Below the pieces are notes generated by a model. The model saw only the letters and a list, made by a program, of their open reading frames with translations. It was not told the origin of the DNA and did no database searches. From Candidatus Methylomirabilia bacterium (GTDB taxonomy: Bacteria > Methylomirabilota > Methylomirabilia > Rokubacteriales > CSP1-6), in NCBI GenBank assembly GCA_041492755.1, contig JBGPXN010000010.1, forward strand, positions 1 through 50,750: a DNA stretch of 50,750 bases, read 5' to 3'. A program made the position numbers and the translations under genes. Positions 17,561 to 33,349 of the stretch are shown here, piece by piece (the stretch's first letter is position 1; each line of letters begins with the position of its first letter).

Positions 17561-18582
17561 ATCTTCCAGGTGTCCCCGGAGGTCAGCAGCTTGGTGATGT
17601 CGCCGGGTCCACGCTCCGAGATCGCGCGTTGCTCCTGCTCGAGCACGATGGACTCGTAAATGGGCGCCTGGATCGCCGAAAGCACGCCGATCGGGATGGG
17701 AAACTCCGGCGTCCAGAGATCGGCGAGGAGCTTGGCCGCGTTCACGTTCGTCTCGTCGTGCACCCACTGACCGCTCGAGCCGACTTCCGCGGCGGCCACG
17801 ACCCGCGGCGTCAGGCCGTCCATCACCAGCGCGCGCCGGTCGTTGGCCGGACCGAACAGCAGCGGCTTGCCGTGCTCGAGACGGAGCTCGTGGGCGACCT
17901 TGGACTCCTTCTCGTACAGCACGTTCCACGTGAGATCGTTGTACACGTTACAGTTCTGGAGGATCTCGAGGAACGCCGTGCCCTTGTGGTGCGCGGCGCG
18001 CTTGAGCATCTCGTCCATGTGCTTCATGTCACGGTCGATCGTGCGGCCCACGAACGTCGCACCGCACCCGAGCGCAAACGACAACGGGTTCACCGGCCGG
18101 TCGGCCGAGCCCACCGGCGTGGACTTGGTCACCTTGCCGAGCTCGCTCGTCGGCGAGTACTGGCCCTTGGTCAGGCCATAGATGCGATTGTTGAACAACA
18201 AGATCGTCACGTCCACGTTGCGTCGCAGGATATGCAACATGTGGTTGCCGCCGATCGACAGCCCGTCGCCGTCCCCGGTGACCACGAACACCTTGAGGTC
18301 AGGGCGGGCCACCCGCAGCCCGGTGGCGATCGCCGGCGCCCGGCCGTGGATCGTGTGGAACCCGTACGTGTTCATGTAGTACGGAAACCGGCTCGAGCAG
18401 CCGATGCCCGAGATGAACACGATGTTCTCGCGCGGGATGCCCAGGTCCGGCATCGATTTCTGGATCGCGCTCAGGATCGCGTAGTCCCCGCAGCCCGGGC
18501 ACCAGCGCACGTCCTGGTCGGACTCGAAGTCTTTCTTGGTGTACTTCGGAACTTCGGCGGCTTCGGCTCCACTGGTACTCAT
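17542..18582 (-). CDS. korB: 2-oxoacid:ferredoxin oxidoreductase beta subunit
   Basis: WCPGCGD, SGIGCSSR, HGRA, GDGD...IGGNH, NN.IYGLTKGQ.SPT. Confidence 0.95.
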   Translation of the reverse strand: MSTSGAEAAEVPKYTKKDFESDQDVRWCPGCGDYAILSAIQKSMPDLGIPRENIVFISGIGCSSRFPYYMNTYGFHTIHGRAPAIATGLRVARPDLKVFVVTGDGDGLSIGGNHMLHILRRNVDVTILLFNNRIYGLTKGQYSPTSELGKVTKSTPVGSADRPVNPLSFALGCGATFVGRTIDRDMKHMDEMLKRAAHHKGTAFLEILQNCNVYNDLTWNVLYEKESKVAHELRLEHGKPLLFGPANDRRALVMDGLTPRVVAAAEVGSSGQWVHDETNVNAAKLLADLWTPEFPIPIGVLSAIQAPIYESIVLEQEQRAISERGPGDITKLLTSGDTWKISSEGG

Positions 18583-20444
18583 CAGACACTCCCCAGGAGT
18601 TGGTCGATGGCGTCGTGAATCTCTTCGCTGGCCAGAGGCAAACCGCGCACACGGTTGAAGCCCACGGCGTCCACCAGGTACTCGGCGCGCAGCACGCGCA
18701 CGAGCTGCCCGCTGTTGATCTCGGGAACGAGGATCTTCCGATACTCACGCAGGATGTGGCCGAGGTCCGGCGGCAGCGGGTTGAGATGGCGCAGGTGGAT
18801 CGACGCGACGGACTTCCCGTCCGCCTGCGCGCGCTCCACCGCGGCCGTGATCGACCCGTAGGTGCCGCCCCAGCCCACCACGAGGAGGTCGCCGGTGGCG
18901 GGCCCGTTGATGGTCGTCGGCGGGATCTCCTGCGCCACGCGCCGCACCTTCTCGGCGCGCTGGCGCACCATGTGGTCGTGGTTCTCGGGATCGTAGGAGA
19001 TGTTGCCGGTTACGTCCTGCTTCTCGATCCCGCCGATGCGGTGCTCGAGCCCCGGCGTGCCCGGCCGCACCCACGGCCGCGACAGCGTCGCGGGATCGCG
19101 CAGGTACGGGAAGAAGCCTTCCTTCTCGGTGCGGAAGTGGATGTCGATCGGCGGCAGCGTGCTGACGTCGGGAATGAGCCACGGCTCGGAGCCGTTGGCG
19201 AGGAAGCCGTCGCTCAGCACGATCACCGGCACCATGTACTTGGCCGCGATCCGCACGGCCTCGTAGGCAATGTAGAAACAGTCGCCCGGCGTGGCGGGCG
19301 CGATCACGACCACCGGCGACTCGCTGTTCCGGCCGTAGAGCGCCTGCATGAGGTCGGCCTGCTCGGTCTTCGTCGGCAATCCCGTCGACGGTCCGCCGCG
19401 CTGGATGTCGAAGATGACCAGCGGCAGCTCCGCGGTCACGGCCAGCCCGATTCCCTCGGCCTTGAGGGCGATCCCCGGTCCACTGGACCCGGTCACGCCG
19501 ATGGCGCCGCCGAACGAGGCGCCGATGGCGGCGGTGACGGCGGCGATCTCATCCTCGGCCTGGATCGTGCGCACGCGGAACCGTTTGTGCATCGCCAGCT
19601 CTTCGAGGATGCTGCTGGCCGGCGTGATCGGGTACGCGCCGTACACGATCGGCAGCTTCGAGCGCTCGGCGGCGGCGAGCAGCCCCCAGGCGAGGGCGCG
19701 GTTGCCGGTCATGGCGCGATAGAGACCCGGCGGCATCTCGGCCGCTTCGACCGCGTAGTGCTCGGCGAAGATTTCGGCCGTCTCACCGAAGGCGTGCCCG
19801 GCCTTGAGCACGCGCGTGTTGGCCTCGGCGACGTCGCCGCTCTTGGCGAACTTCTTGTTGATCCACTCCAAGGTCGGCTCGAGCGGCCGTGTGTAGATCC
19901 AGGAGACGAGGCCCAGCGCGAAGAAGTTCTTGGTGCGGTCTTTCTCCTTGGTGTTGAGCGGCAGATCCTTGATGGCCTCGTGGGTGAGGGCCGTCATGTC
20001 GACCTTGTGCAGGCGGTAACGCTCGGCCAGCGCGGGGTCGTCGAGTGGGGGGGACGCGTATCCAGCCTTGTCGAGGTTGCGCTTGTCGAACGCCGCCGTG
20101 TTGACGATGAGCAAGCCGCCCGGCTTGAGGTCGCTGAGGTGCACCTTGAGCGCGGCGGGATTCATCGCCACCAGGCAGTCCAGCCGATCGCCCGGCGTGT
20201 ACACGCGCTGGCTGCCGAACTGCAGCTGGAAGCTCGAAACACCGAAGAGCGTGCCGGCAGGCGCACGGATCTCGGCGGGGAAATTCGGCAGCGTTGCGAT
20301 GTCGTTACCGGCCCACGCCGATTCGGTCGTGAACTGTTCGCCCGTCAGCTGCATTCCGTCGCCGGAGTCACCGGCGAAGCGAATGACGGCGCGATCCAGC
20401 TCCTTCAGCGCTTTCGGGGCTCCCCTGACGGCCGTCTCGCTCAT
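18582..20444 (-). CDS. korA: 2-oxoacid:ferredoxin oxidoreductase alpha subunit (gamma-alpha fusion)
   Basis: RFAGDSGDGMQ, FPAEIRAP, YPITPAS, QAEDEIAA, SGPG, QRGGPSTGLPTK.EQ.D. Confidence 0.95.
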   Translation of the reverse strand: MSETAVRGAPKALKELDRAVIRFAGDSGDGMQLTGEQFTTESAWAGNDIATLPNFPAEIRAPAGTLFGVSSFQLQFGSQRVYTPGDRLDCLVAMNPAALKVHLSDLKPGGLLIVNTAAFDKRNLDKAGYASPPLDDPALAERYRLHKVDMTALTHEAIKDLPLNTKEKDRTKNFFALGLVSWIYTRPLEPTLEWINKKFAKSGDVAEANTRVLKAGHAFGETAEIFAEHYAVEAAEMPPGLYRAMTGNRALAWGLLAAAERSKLPIVYGAYPITPASSILEELAMHKRFRVRTIQAEDEIAAVTAAIGASFGGAIGVTGSSGPGIALKAEGIGLAVTAELPLVIFDIQRGGPSTGLPTKTEQADLMQALYGRNSESPVVVIAPATPGDCFYIAYEAVRIAAKYMVPVIVLSDGFLANGSEPWLIPDVSTLPPIDIHFRTEKEGFFPYLRDPATLSRPWVRPGTPGLEHRIGGIEKQDVTGNISYDPENHDHMVRQRAEKVRRVAQEIPPTTINGPATGDLLVVGWGGTYGSITAAVERAQADGKSVASIHLRHLNPLPPDLGHILREYRKILVPEINSGQLVRVLRAEYLVDAVGFNRVRGLPLASEEIHDAIDQLLGSV

Positions 20445-20650
20445 CGGGCGCTCTCTCCTCCGGCGGTCTTTTCGCTCTGGTGGCCCTCGGCAACCCGGCC
20501 GCGCAGACGCTTCCACGCGCCGATGGCCGGAATCACGCGGGCTTGCCCGTGCTACCTCCGACCGCCCGGTGCCAAACCACGGTTATCGTAGCGGACGCGC
20601 CGTCGGAGGGCAAGGACTGATGCGTGGTTTGGCGCGTGGTTAGATCGCCC

Positions 20651-21580
20651 TCAGCCCGACGCGGCGACGGGCCCGGGGCCTCGTTCCTGAGCACCATCGT
20701 GGCTCGCCGAGCGCAGTAACTCCACGAATCGTTGCACGGTCGGGGCCAGCGGGCGGGCCCGCCGATGGATGAGTCCAACCGGGCGGACCAGGTCGGCGAT
20801 GCCGACCGGAACGATGGTCAGAGTGCCGATCGACGCCTCCTTCGCCACGGTGTGGCGCGGCAGCAGGCTGACGCCGGCCTGGATCATGATGGCCTGCTTG
20901 ATGGTCTCGATGTTGTCGAAGGCCATGACCGTATTGACTTTGACGTTGTGTTGCCGGAGCGTGCGGTCGATGGCCTTGCGAATCGTCAACTCCGGGTCGA
21001 AGGCCACGAACGCCTCGCCTTGCAAATCGGCCGGATGCACGATCCGCCGCCGGGCCAGCCGGTGGCTCGGGTGACAGACGAAGACCATCGGCTCGGACTT
21101 GAGCGGGACGACCGTGAGCCCGCGTTCGGTCGGCGGATACGACATGACCCCGACGTCCGCCTTGCCCTCGTGGACGGCCTCGACCACCTTGTGCGGATGG
21201 AGGCACTCGAGCTCGACGCGCGCGTTCGGATAGAGCGACAGGAACCGCTGGATGTGGTGACTCATGTCGTGCAGACCGACCGAGTAGATCGCCGCCACCC
21301 GCACCGCGCCATTCACCTGCGCCTTGAGCGTCGCCACCGAGGCCCGCGCTTGCTCCCAGCCCTCGAGGACCGACCGGCACGCCGTGTAGAACGTCTCGCC
21401 TTCCGGCGTGACACCGAGCGGGCGGCGGGAGCGGTCGATGAGCGCGACGCCGAGCTCGCGCTCGAGCAGCTGTACAGCCTGGCTGGCCGCCGATTGCGAG
21501 ACGAAGTTCAGCTCGGCGCCCCGCGAGAAGCTCCGAAGACGCACGACGTCGCAGTAGAGACGGAGCGTTTCGAGGTGCAC
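20651..21580 (-). CDS. LysR-family transcriptional regulator divergent from gltBD (GltC-like position)
   Basis: [18 protein letters not shown]...LERELGV.L.DR HTH plus substrate-binding domain. Confidence 0.93.
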   Translation of the reverse strand: MHLETLRLYCDVVRLRSFSRGAELNFVSQSAASQAVQLLERELGVALIDRSRRPLGVTPEGETFYTACRSVLEGWEQARASVATLKAQVNGAVRVAAIYSVGLHDMSHHIQRFLSLYPNARVELECLHPHKVVEAVHEGKADVGVMSYPPTERGLTVVPLKSEPMVFVCHPSHRLARRRIVHPADLQGEAFVAFDPELTIRKAIDRTLRQHNVKVNTVMAFDNIETIKQAIMIQAGVSLLPRHTVAKEASIGTLTIVPVGIADLVRPVGLIHRRARPLAPTVQRFVELLRSASHDGAQERGPGPVAASG

Positions 21581-21595
21581 CTGGCCAGTCTACAT

Positions 21596-21636
21596 GATAA
21601 GGACTGCTGATACCTACCATGTATCTTTTCCTTATC
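21596..21636. promoter_or_regulatory. Putative LysR binding boxes in the divergent promoter region
   Basis: AT-rich; GATAAGGA (21596-21603) and TCCTTATC (21629-21636) are inverted repeats; ATAAGGACTGCTGAT contains T-N11-A. Confidence 0.5.
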
Positions 21637-21716
21637 GACTAATGCTTTCGGAGTGGGTAGTATCGTGCAACTCTTCACAACCACCTGAGACGGTCGTGGC
21701 TGAAAGAGGAATGACG

Positions 21717-26285
<4,569 letters not shown>

Positions 26286-26290
26286 GCGGC

Positions 26291-27739
26291 GTGGGCAAGG
26301 TCACCGGCTTCCTGGAGATCAAGCGCAAGAAGCCGTCGGCGCGCCCCGTCGAGGAGCGGCGGCGGGACTGGAAGGAAGTCTATCTTCCCTACCCCGTCGC
26401 CGATCTCGAGAAGCAGGCCGCGCGGTGCATGGACTGCGGGATCCCGTTCTGCCATCAGGGGTGTCCGCTCGGCAACCTGATCCCGGACTGGAACGATCTC
26501 GTCTACCGGCACCAGTGGCAGGACGCGATCCAGCGCCTGCACGCCACCAACAACTTCCCGGAGTGGACGGGACGGCTCTGTCCCGCGCCGTGCGAGGGCT
26601 CGTGCGTCCTCGGCATCAACGACGATCCGGTGACGATCAAGGCCGTCGAGGTGTCCATCGTGGAGCGCGCGTTCGACGAAGGGTGGGTCACGCCGCAGCC
26701 ACCCCCGGCGCGGACCGGGAAGAAGGTCGCCGTCGTCGGCTCGGGGCCCGCCGGGCTGGCCGCGGCCGACCAGCTCAACCGGGCCGGCCACGCGATCACC
26801 GTCCTCGAGCGGTCCGATCGGATCGGCGGGCTCCTCCGCTACGGCATTCCCGAATTCAAGATGGAGAAGCGCTTCGTCGATCGGCGGCTCACCGTCATGG
26901 AAAAGGAAGGCGTCGTCTTCCGCACCAGCGTCGACGTCGGCCGGGGCGTCACCATGCACGCGCTCCAGCGCGACTTCGACGCCATCGTCCTCGCCTGCGG
27001 CGCGGGCTGGCCCCGCGATCTTCCCCTTCCCGGCCGCGAGCTGGCCGGCATCCATTTCGCGATGGAGTACCTCACGCTCCAGAACCGGCGCTGTGAGGGC
27101 GACGTCGTGCCCGACGCGCGATTCATCAGCGCTCAGGGCAAGCGGGTCGTCATCATCGGCGGCGGCGATACGGGCGCCGACTGTCTGGGCACGGTCCATC
27201 GGCAGGGCGCCGCCTCCGTTCACCAGTTCGAGCTCCTGCCCCGGCCGCCGGACACGCGCGCCGCGGACAACCCGTGGCCCACGTGGCCCAACGTCTTTCG
27301 CGTCTCCTCCGCCCACGAGGAAGGCGGCGAGCGGGTCTACGCGGTGTCGACCCAGCGCTTTCTCGGCGACGATCAGGATCGTGTCTGCGGGCTGGAGGCG
27401 GTGCAGGTGGAGATGGTCCGCGAAGGCGGCCGTGTCGACTTCCGGCCCGTGGCGGGCAGCGAGTTCAGGCTCGACGTCGAGCTCGTGCTCCTGGCCATGG
27501 GATTCCTGGGTCCCGAGCGGCCGGGACCGATTCAAGAGCTCGGGCTCCAGCTCACCGAGCGCGGCAACGTCTGGCGCGACGAGCACTGGATGACCAGCGT
27601 GCCCGGCGTCTTCACGTGTGGCGACATGCAGCGCGGTCAGTCGCTGATCGTGTGGGCGATCGCCGAAGGCCGTTCCGCCGCGCGCGGCGCCGACCTCTAC
27701 CTCATGGGCCGCTCGGAGCTGCCTGCCCCGCTTCTCTGA
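26291..27739 (+). CDS. gltD: Glutamate synthase small subunit
   Basis: MGK.TGF, RCMDCG.PFC, GR.CPAPCE, GSGPAGL, IGGGDTG.DC, GD..RGQSL.VWAI.EGR. Confidence 0.98.
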   Translation: MGKVTGFLEIKRKKPSARPVEERRRDWKEVYLPYPVADLEKQAARCMDCGIPFCHQGCPLGNLIPDWNDLVYRHQWQDAIQRLHATNNFPEWTGRLCPAPCEGSCVLGINDDPVTIKAVEVSIVERAFDEGWVTPQPPPARTGKKVAVVGSGPAGLAAADQLNRAGHAITVLERSDRIGGLLRYGIPEFKMEKRFVDRRLTVMEKEGVVFRTSVDVGRGVTMHALQRDFDAIVLACGAGWPRDLPLPGRELAGIHFAMEYLTLQNRRCEGDVVPDARFISAQGKRVVIIGGGDTGADCLGTVHRQGAASVHQFELLPRPPDTRAADNPWPTWPNVFRVSSAHEEGGERVYAVSTQRFLGDDQDRVCGLEAVQVEMVREGGRVDFRPVAGSEFRLDVELVLLAMGFLGPERPGPIQELGLQLTERGNVWRDEHWMTSVPGVFTCGDMQRGQSLIVWAIAEGRSAARGADLYLMGRSELPAPLL

Positions 27740-27757
27740 TCGGCCCGGCCCACGCCC

Positions 27758-28480
27758 GTGCCGCGCCCTCGGCCGCCCGTCGTCCTGATCCACGGCGCGG
27801 CGAATTCCGCGCTCGTGTGGACGTTCTGGTCCGAAGCCCTGACGGCGACCGGCTGGCCGGTTCACGCGCTGAACCTGCGCGGCCACGGCGACGGCTCGCC
27901 CGCCGACCTCGCCGTGACCCGCATGGCTGACTACGCCCTTGACGTCGTGGCGTTCGTGCGATCCCTCGGGACCCCGGCGCCCGTGCTGGTCGGATGGAGC
28001 ATGGGCGGTCTGGTCGCGATGATGGCCGCCGCCGACGTCTCGGCGACGGCGTGTATCGGCCTGGCACCGAGCGCGCCGGCCCGCGCCGTGGACCTCGCGC
28101 GGCCGTTGCGTCGAGGCATCTTCGGCCCTGAGGAGTACGGCATCACCGGTCGCGATCCGGGCACCCAGCCGGCCATGCCCGATCTCGACCTCGACGAGCG
28201 GCGCGTGGCGCTCGCTGCCCTCGGACCCGAGTCACGATTGGCCCGCGACGAGCGAGCGGCCGGCGTCGTGGTCACGCGGCTGCTCTGCCCGCTCCTGATC
28301 GTGACCGGCGGCGCCGACCTGCAGTGGCCCCGCGCGCGCTACGCCGACCTCCCGTTCGCCGCCGATCACCTCGAAGTGGACGGCGTTTCGCACTGGGGAC
28401 TGGTGCTGAGCCGCCGAGCGCTGCGCACCCTGCTGCCCGCCGTCGTCGCCTGGCTGGAGCGCAGCACTGCGCGGTCGTGA
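27758..28480 (+). CDS. Alpha/beta-fold hydrolase
   Basis: LIHGA, LRGHG, GWSMGG nucleophile elbow, C-terminal D and SH. Confidence 0.85.
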   Translation: MPRPRPPVVLIHGAANSALVWTFWSEALTATGWPVHALNLRGHGDGSPADLAVTRMADYALDVVAFVRSLGTPAPVLVGWSMGGLVAMMAAADVSATACIGLAPSAPARAVDLARPLRRGIFGPEEYGITGRDPGTQPAMPDLDLDERRVALAALGPESRLARDERAAGVVVTRLLCPLLIVTGGADLQWPRARYADLPFAADHLEVDGVSHWGLVLSRRALRTLLPAVVAWLERSTARS

Positions 28481-28642
28481 ACCGCCGCCGTCGAGCCAGC
28501 GACGGCGATCGGCGGGCTCACATATCGGGATGGGGCCCCGTCTGCACCGACAGGAATGCACCACACCACCGGCGCGGCGGTCAAGAAAAATGGTCCGGCC
28601 GACGCGACCGCCGGGACGGCGAGCGCGGCTGGAGCTATCCGG

Positions 28643-29353
28643 TCAGCGGGTGGGGCTCTGCCAGAGCACGTGACCGACGAAGAACGGCCCCAGCGTCGCG
28701 ATGTACTGGGAGGTCTGGACCGTCTTGCGCATGGCCTGCACGATGTGCGACAGCGGGTGCAGCTCGCGCCCGACGAGCCCGATGACGAAGTCGTTGTCGT
28801 GGAGGTCGAGACCGTGGCAGGCCAGGCGCACGTCGTGCACGAGGTCGGCGTCGCCGTAGGCGCGGCCGATGACGCTGTGCTCGCGAATGATCGTCCCTTG
28901 CTCCTGCGGCGAGAGCCGCGCGAAGGCGCCGGTGCGGCGCAGTGGATACCAGATGGCCCACGGCCACGCCCCGTTCTGTGCCGTGCGCCGCGGACGCTGG
29001 AAGAGCCACTCTTCGAGATCGGTCTCGAAGCCGGAGGCGTAGGTACGCCCGATCATCGTGAATTCGGGTTTGAGGGGCAGACCACCGAACGGCTCGGCGT
29101 TCAGGATCTCGCGCAGGCCACCCGGGAAGAACGCGGGGTCCTCGCTGATCGCCAGCACGGCGACACCGCGCGGATCGTTGACGTCCTGGTAGAGCGCACC
29201 ATCCACGCGGCCCGCTTCGAGCGCCCGCACCAGCGGCTTGGTATCCAGGCAGCCGCCGAAGGCCTGCAGCTGCATGAAGAGCCGGCGCTCCGAGACCTGC
29301 TCGTTCGCGCCGTGCTCGCGGACGTCGATCTTCGAGTCCTCGGGCCGGCTCAC
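28643..29353 (-). CDS. Chlorite dismutase/coproheme decarboxylase (Cld/ChdC) family heme protein
   Basis: WYPLRR...L...EQ..I.REH..IGR.Y, GLD..D.DF, MR.T..TS.Y....GPFFVG. Confidence 0.82.
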   Translation of the reverse strand: MSRPEDSKIDVREHGANEQVSERRLFMQLQAFGGCLDTKPLVRALEAGRVDGALYQDVNDPRGVAVLAISEDPAFFPGGLREILNAEPFGGLPLKPEFTMIGRTYASGFETDLEEWLFQRPRRTAQNGAWPWAIWYPLRRTGAFARLSPQEQGTIIREHSVIGRAYGDADLVHDVRLACHGLDLHDNDFVIGLVGRELHPLSHIVQAMRKTVQTSQYIATLGPFFVGHVLWQSPTR

Positions 29354-29354
29354 G

Positions 29355-30395
29355 CTACCCTCCCCGGGTGTGCATCTCGAGATGCGGATCCTGCCGCAGC
29401 CGCGCGATCTGCACCAGCGGCGATCGTTCCCGGACGGCCAGGCGCTCTTCGGCGCCGCGGTCGCGTCGCGCCTGCCAGCCTCGCGTGACGAGCGCCTTCA
29501 GCTCGTCGATCGAGGCGCCGCCGCGCAGCGGGCCACGCAGATCGGTCCCGCGCTGGGCGTAGAGGCAGAGATACCACATGCCGTCGGCGGTGAGGCGGCT
29601 GCGGTCGCAGTCGGCGCAGAAAGGCGCCGTGGTCGACGAGATGATGCCGAACAGTGTCCCGTCGGGGAGCCGATAACGATCCGCCGGCGCGGTGCTTTGC
29701 TCGACGACCGGTGTGATGGCGCCGTACCGCTGCGAAAGCCGTGCGAGCATCTCCTGGCGGCTGACCACCTGCTCCATCGACCACCGCGTCGCCCCCCCCA
29801 CGTCCATGTACTCGATAAAGCGGACCTCAGCGGACACCCTCCGTCCGTACTCGATCAGGTCGACGAGCTCGTCGTCGTTGACCCCGCGCATCACCACGGT
29901 GTCGAGCTTGGTGTCGGTGAAGCCGGCCCGTCCCACCGCGTCGATGCCGTGCAGAACCTGGGCGTGGTTCGTCCGGCGCGTCAGCGCACTGAAACGGTCG
30001 GGCCGAAGCGTGTCGAGGCTCACGGTGACGCGATGCAGACCGGCGGCTTTCAGGTCGGCCGCCTGCTCGGCGAGCAGCACGCCGTTGCTGGTGATCGCGA
30101 GGTCACGCAGGCCGGGCTTGACCGAGAGCAGCTCGATCAGTCGGGGCAGGTCGCGACGGAGCAACGGCTCGCCCCCGGTGAGGCGCACCTTGTCGACGCC
30201 GAGGCCGATGAATACGTCGGCGAGCCGGCCGATCTCCTCGAAGTGGAGGATCTCCTCACGCGGCAGCCAGACGTAGTCCTCCTCCGGCATGCAGTACTGG
30301 CAGCGCAGGTTGCAGCGGTCGGTGACCGAGATGCGGAGATTGCGGAGCGGGCGGCCCCAGACGTCCGGCGCCGGCGTCCCGCCACGCGCCGACAT
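29355..30395 (-). CDS. moaA: GTP 3',8-cyclase
   Basis: [44 protein letters not shown]...CL, C-terminal GG. Confidence 0.97.
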   Translation of the reverse strand: MSARGGTPAPDVWGRPLRNLRISVTDRCNLRCQYCMPEEDYVWLPREEILHFEEIGRLADVFIGLGVDKVRLTGGEPLLRRDLPRLIELLSVKPGLRDLAITSNGVLLAEQAADLKAAGLHRVTVSLDTLRPDRFSALTRRTNHAQVLHGIDAVGRAGFTDTKLDTVVMRGVNDDELVDLIEYGRRVSAEVRFIEYMDVGGATRWSMEQVVSRQEMLARLSQRYGAITPVVEQSTAPADRYRLPDGTLFGIISSTTAPFCADCDRSRLTADGMWYLCLYAQRGTDLRGPLRGGASIDELKALVTRGWQARRDRGAEERLAVRERSPLVQIARLRQDPHLEMHTRGG

Positions 30396-32089
30396 CACGC
30401 CACGCCGGCCACGTCTACGGCGAGCGCGCGGTCCCACTCCCGCTGCAAGCCGGTCTTCTTGACGTTGACGTCGAAGTGGTCCCACGGCATCCGCTCGTCG
30501 GCCGGGCGCGCGCGCGTCGTGTAGAACGCGGGATCGCCGTCCCATTCACGGAGCGCGCGCCGCCAGTCACCGTCCAGTCGCGCCGCCACTTCCAGAAAGT
30601 CGGCGACCCGGCGGTCGCCGCGCGCGAGCAACGCCTGCAGCGCGGCCTCTCTTGGATTTTCGTGCAGCACGCGCACGGCGTGCAGTCTGCCCACGCCGCG
30701 CTTGATGATCTCGAGCTTGGACGCCAGCGCCTCCGCGCCGGCGAACGACGCCCACTGGAACGGCGTCCACGGCTTGGGTACGAACGACGAAATCGACAGC
30801 GTCAGCCGGCCGAACGGGCGGCCGGCGGCGTCGGGAACGCGCAGCCGCTCGAGCATCCGCCCGGCCAGGTCGGCGATGGCCTCGACGTCCTCACGCGTCT
30901 CGGTCGGCTGCCCGATCATGAAGTAGCACTTGAGGTTCGGGATGCCGTGCTGCCTGACCAGATCGCACGTCGTGAAGATCTGCTCTTCGCTGATCGCCTT
31001 GCGGATGACCTGGCGGAGCCGCTCGGTTCCGGCCTCCGGCGCGATGGTGAGCGTCCGGTGGCCACCGCGCGCGAGCGCCGCCGCCAGCTCGGGCGTCAGG
31101 CTGTCGGCGCGCAGCGAGGAGATCGACAGCTCAAGCCCGTTGTCTTCGACGATCTTGAGAAGCTCACCGAGCCAGGGATAGTCCGACACGCAGGCGCCGA
31201 CGAGCCCGATCCGCTTGCCGTCCTGCGCGAGCCGCGCGACGGTGGCTCCGAGTGCCTGGACGCTACGATGGCGCACCGGCCGGTAGACCTGACCCTCCAG
31301 GCAGAAGCGACAGCCGCGACCGCAACCCTTGCCGACTTCCAGCAGGGCCATGTGTCCGTACTCGGCGTGAGGCGTCTTCACCAGCGAGGTGGTCTCGAAC
31401 CGGTTCACGTCGCGCAGCCGGCGCTTCACCACGACCGCCGGGGCATCGCCGCGCGAGGTCACCGCCGCGAGCGTCCCGTCGGCGGCGTACGCCACGTCGT
31501 ACCGCGCGGGCACGTACACTCCCGGAATTGCGCTGAGCGCGTCGAGCAGCGCGTCGCGATCGCCGGCGTGCTGCCGGTAGGCGTCCACCAGCTCCGCCAC
31601 CAACTCCTCGCCTTCGCCGACGACGACCGCGTCCATGAAGGGCGCCATCGGCTCCGGATTCGAGAACGCGCACACGCCGCCCATCACGACCAGAGGATCG
31701 CGCGGCCCCCGGTCGGCGGCGCGGACCGGGATGCCGGCCAGACCGAGCAGGCGCAGGACGTTGATGTAGTCACCCTCGTAGGTGACGGAGAATCCGACCA
31801 GGTGGAAGTCCCGCAGCGGACGGAGCGATTCCAGGGAGAACGGTGCCGTGCCCGTCCGCCGCAGCTCGTCGAGATCCGTCGGCTCCGGCAGGAAGACCCG
31901 CTCGCACACGACGTCGGGCATCTGGTTGAAATGCCAGTAGATCGTCTGGAACCCGAGGTTCGACATGCCGACGGCGTAGGTGTTCGGATAGGTCAGCGCG
32001 ATTGCGATTCGACCACCCCAGTCCTTGCGGATGGCGCCCTCCTCGTCGGCGAGGAGCGCATGAGCTTTCTTCTTCAGTGTCCAGGACAT
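30395..32089 (-). CDS. Radical SAM protein with N-terminal B12-binding-like domain (TIGR03960-like), function unknown
   Basis: YPNTY.VGMSNLG, GG.....[43 protein letters not shown]. Confidence 0.85.
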   Translation of the reverse strand: MSWTLKKKAHALLADEEGAIRKDWGGRIAIALTYPNTYAVGMSNLGFQTIYWHFNQMPDVVCERVFLPEPTDLDELRRTGTAPFSLESLRPLRDFHLVGFSVTYEGDYINVLRLLGLAGIPVRAADRGPRDPLVVMGGVCAFSNPEPMAPFMDAVVVGEGEELVAELVDAYRQHAGDRDALLDALSAIPGVYVPARYDVAYAADGTLAAVTSRGDAPAVVVKRRLRDVNRFETTSLVKTPHAEYGHMALLEVGKGCGRGCRFCLEGQVYRPVRHRSVQALGATVARLAQDGKRIGLVGACVSDYPWLGELLKIVEDNGLELSISSLRADSLTPELAAALARGGHRTLTIAPEAGTERLRQVIRKAISEEQIFTTCDLVRQHGIPNLKCYFMIGQPTETREDVEAIADLAGRMLERLRVPDAAGRPFGRLTLSISSFVPKPWTPFQWASFAGAEALASKLEIIKRGVGRLHAVRVLHENPREAALQALLARGDRRVADFLEVAARLDGDWRRALREWDGDPAFYTTRARPADERMPWDHFDVNVKKTGLQREWDRALAVDVAGVA

Positions 32090-32096
32090 CCTATGC

Positions 32097-32105
32097 ACTG
32101 TATCA
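32097..32105 (-). promoter_or_regulatory. Extended -10 (TGATACAGT), probable leaderless transcript
   Basis: TGn-TACAGT lies 7 nt before the radical SAM ATG; no well-spaced SD. Confidence 0.45.
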
Positions 32106-32149
32106 CTGCTCGCTGACCTGCTCGACGTGGATCACGGCCGGGCGAAGGG

Positions 32150-32944
32150 TTAGTGGGCTTCGAGCGAGGCGGCGGCCCGACGGTGTGTCCAGAGCAGCCC
32201 GATGACCGCAATGAGGACGCCGGCCACGCTCGCGATCTGCGGAACGCGGAACGAGCCCACCCAGAAGCTGTCCAGCCGGAGGCCTTCGATGAAGAACCGC
32301 CCCACCGAGTAGAGGCCGATGTACATGAAGAACAGCGCGCCCGGGTGATGGCGCAGTCGCGGCCGCAGCCACAGCACGAGGGCGAGGAACACGCCGAAGT
32401 CCCAGATCGACTCGTACAGGAACGTCGGATGGAAGAACTCGTACTGGCCGAATCCGGGCGGCCGGTGAGGAGGCGAGATGTAGAGCTTCCAGGGCAAATC
32501 CGTCGGCCGCCCGAATGCTTCCTCGTTGAAGAAGTTCCCCCAGCGCCCGATCCCCTGCCCGATCACCATCCCGGGGCCGGTGACGTCGAGCCCGCGCAGG
32601 ATCGGGATGCGCCAGCGCCACGCCAGCAGCGCACCGACGAGCGGGCCGACGATGAGCCCGCCGTGCATGGCGAGCCCGCCTTCCCACACCGCCAGGATCT
32701 TCCCGGGGTACTGGCCGTAGTAGTCCCAGTTGAAGGCGACCTCGTAGAGCCGGGCCCCCACCAGCCCGGCCAGGATCGACCACTGGCCCGCGCTGATGAT
32801 GTCGTCGGCGGGGAGCCCGTCCTCCCGCGCCTGGCGGTGCCCGTACCAGAGCCCGACCAGGATGGAGATGGCCATGAGGATGCCGTACCAGCGGACGACG
32901 AGCGGACCAACCTGGAACGCGATGGCACCGGGGGAAGCGAACAT
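32150..32944 (-). CDS. lgt: Prolipoprotein diacylglyceryl transferase
   Basis: VRWYG, GARL, WEGGLA.HGG, GQ.IGRWGNFFN.EA.G, HPTFLYES, RF.IE.LR.D. Confidence 0.97.
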   Translation of the reverse strand: MFASPGAIAFQVGPLVVRWYGILMAISILVGLWYGHRQAREDGLPADDIISAGQWSILAGLVGARLYEVAFNWDYYGQYPGKILAVWEGGLAMHGGLIVGPLVGALLAWRWRIPILRGLDVTGPGMVIGQGIGRWGNFFNEEAFGRPTDLPWKLYISPPHRPPGFGQYEFFHPTFLYESIWDFGVFLALVLWLRPRLRHHPGALFFMYIGLYSVGRFFIEGLRLDSFWVGSFRVPQIASVAGVLIAVIGLLWTHRRAAASLEAH

Positions 32945-33002
32945 GTAGTTGGTAAGGATATCGCCCCCTACCCGTGATCGTCCACTTTAGCTGGCCAGTT
33001 GA

Positions 33003-33090
33003 TGGTAGGGGCGGCAGGACTCGAACCTGCACGTCCTTGCGGACAGAGGATTTTAAGTCCTCCGCGTCTCTCCAGTTACGCCACGCCCCC
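33003..33090 (-). tRNA. tRNA-Leu (TAA)
   Basis: Cloverleaf with long variable arm, anticodon loop CTTAAAA, GGTTCGAGTCC T-arm, encoded CCA. Confidence 0.95.
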
Positions 33091-33113
33091 CCAACGCATT
33101 TGTGGTCGAGAAT

Positions 33114-33188
33114 TGGAGGCGGCGGCCGGACTCGAACCGGCGAATAACGGATTTGCAGTCCGCTGCCTTACCACTTGGCTACGCCGCC
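33114..33188 (-). tRNA. tRNA-Cys (GCA)
   Basis: GGCGGCGTAGCCAAGTGGTAAGGC...CTGCAAA...GGTTCGAGTCC...TCCA. Confidence 0.96.
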
Positions 33189-33221
33189 CCGGACGGTGTG
33201 CTCGATCTCGGAGGTGGGACG

Positions 33222-33296
<75 letters not shown>

Positions 33297-33324
33297 GTGG
33301 CCAGTCCCGACGCAACGGCAGTTG

Positions 33325-33333
33325 ATACTACCA
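33325..33333 (-). promoter_or_regulatory. Extended -10 (TGGTAGTAT) for the tRNA operon
   Basis: TGn-TAGTAT about 30 nt upstream of tRNA-Gly. Confidence 0.45.
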
Positions 33334-33349
33334 CGCCTTCGCGGGTGCT

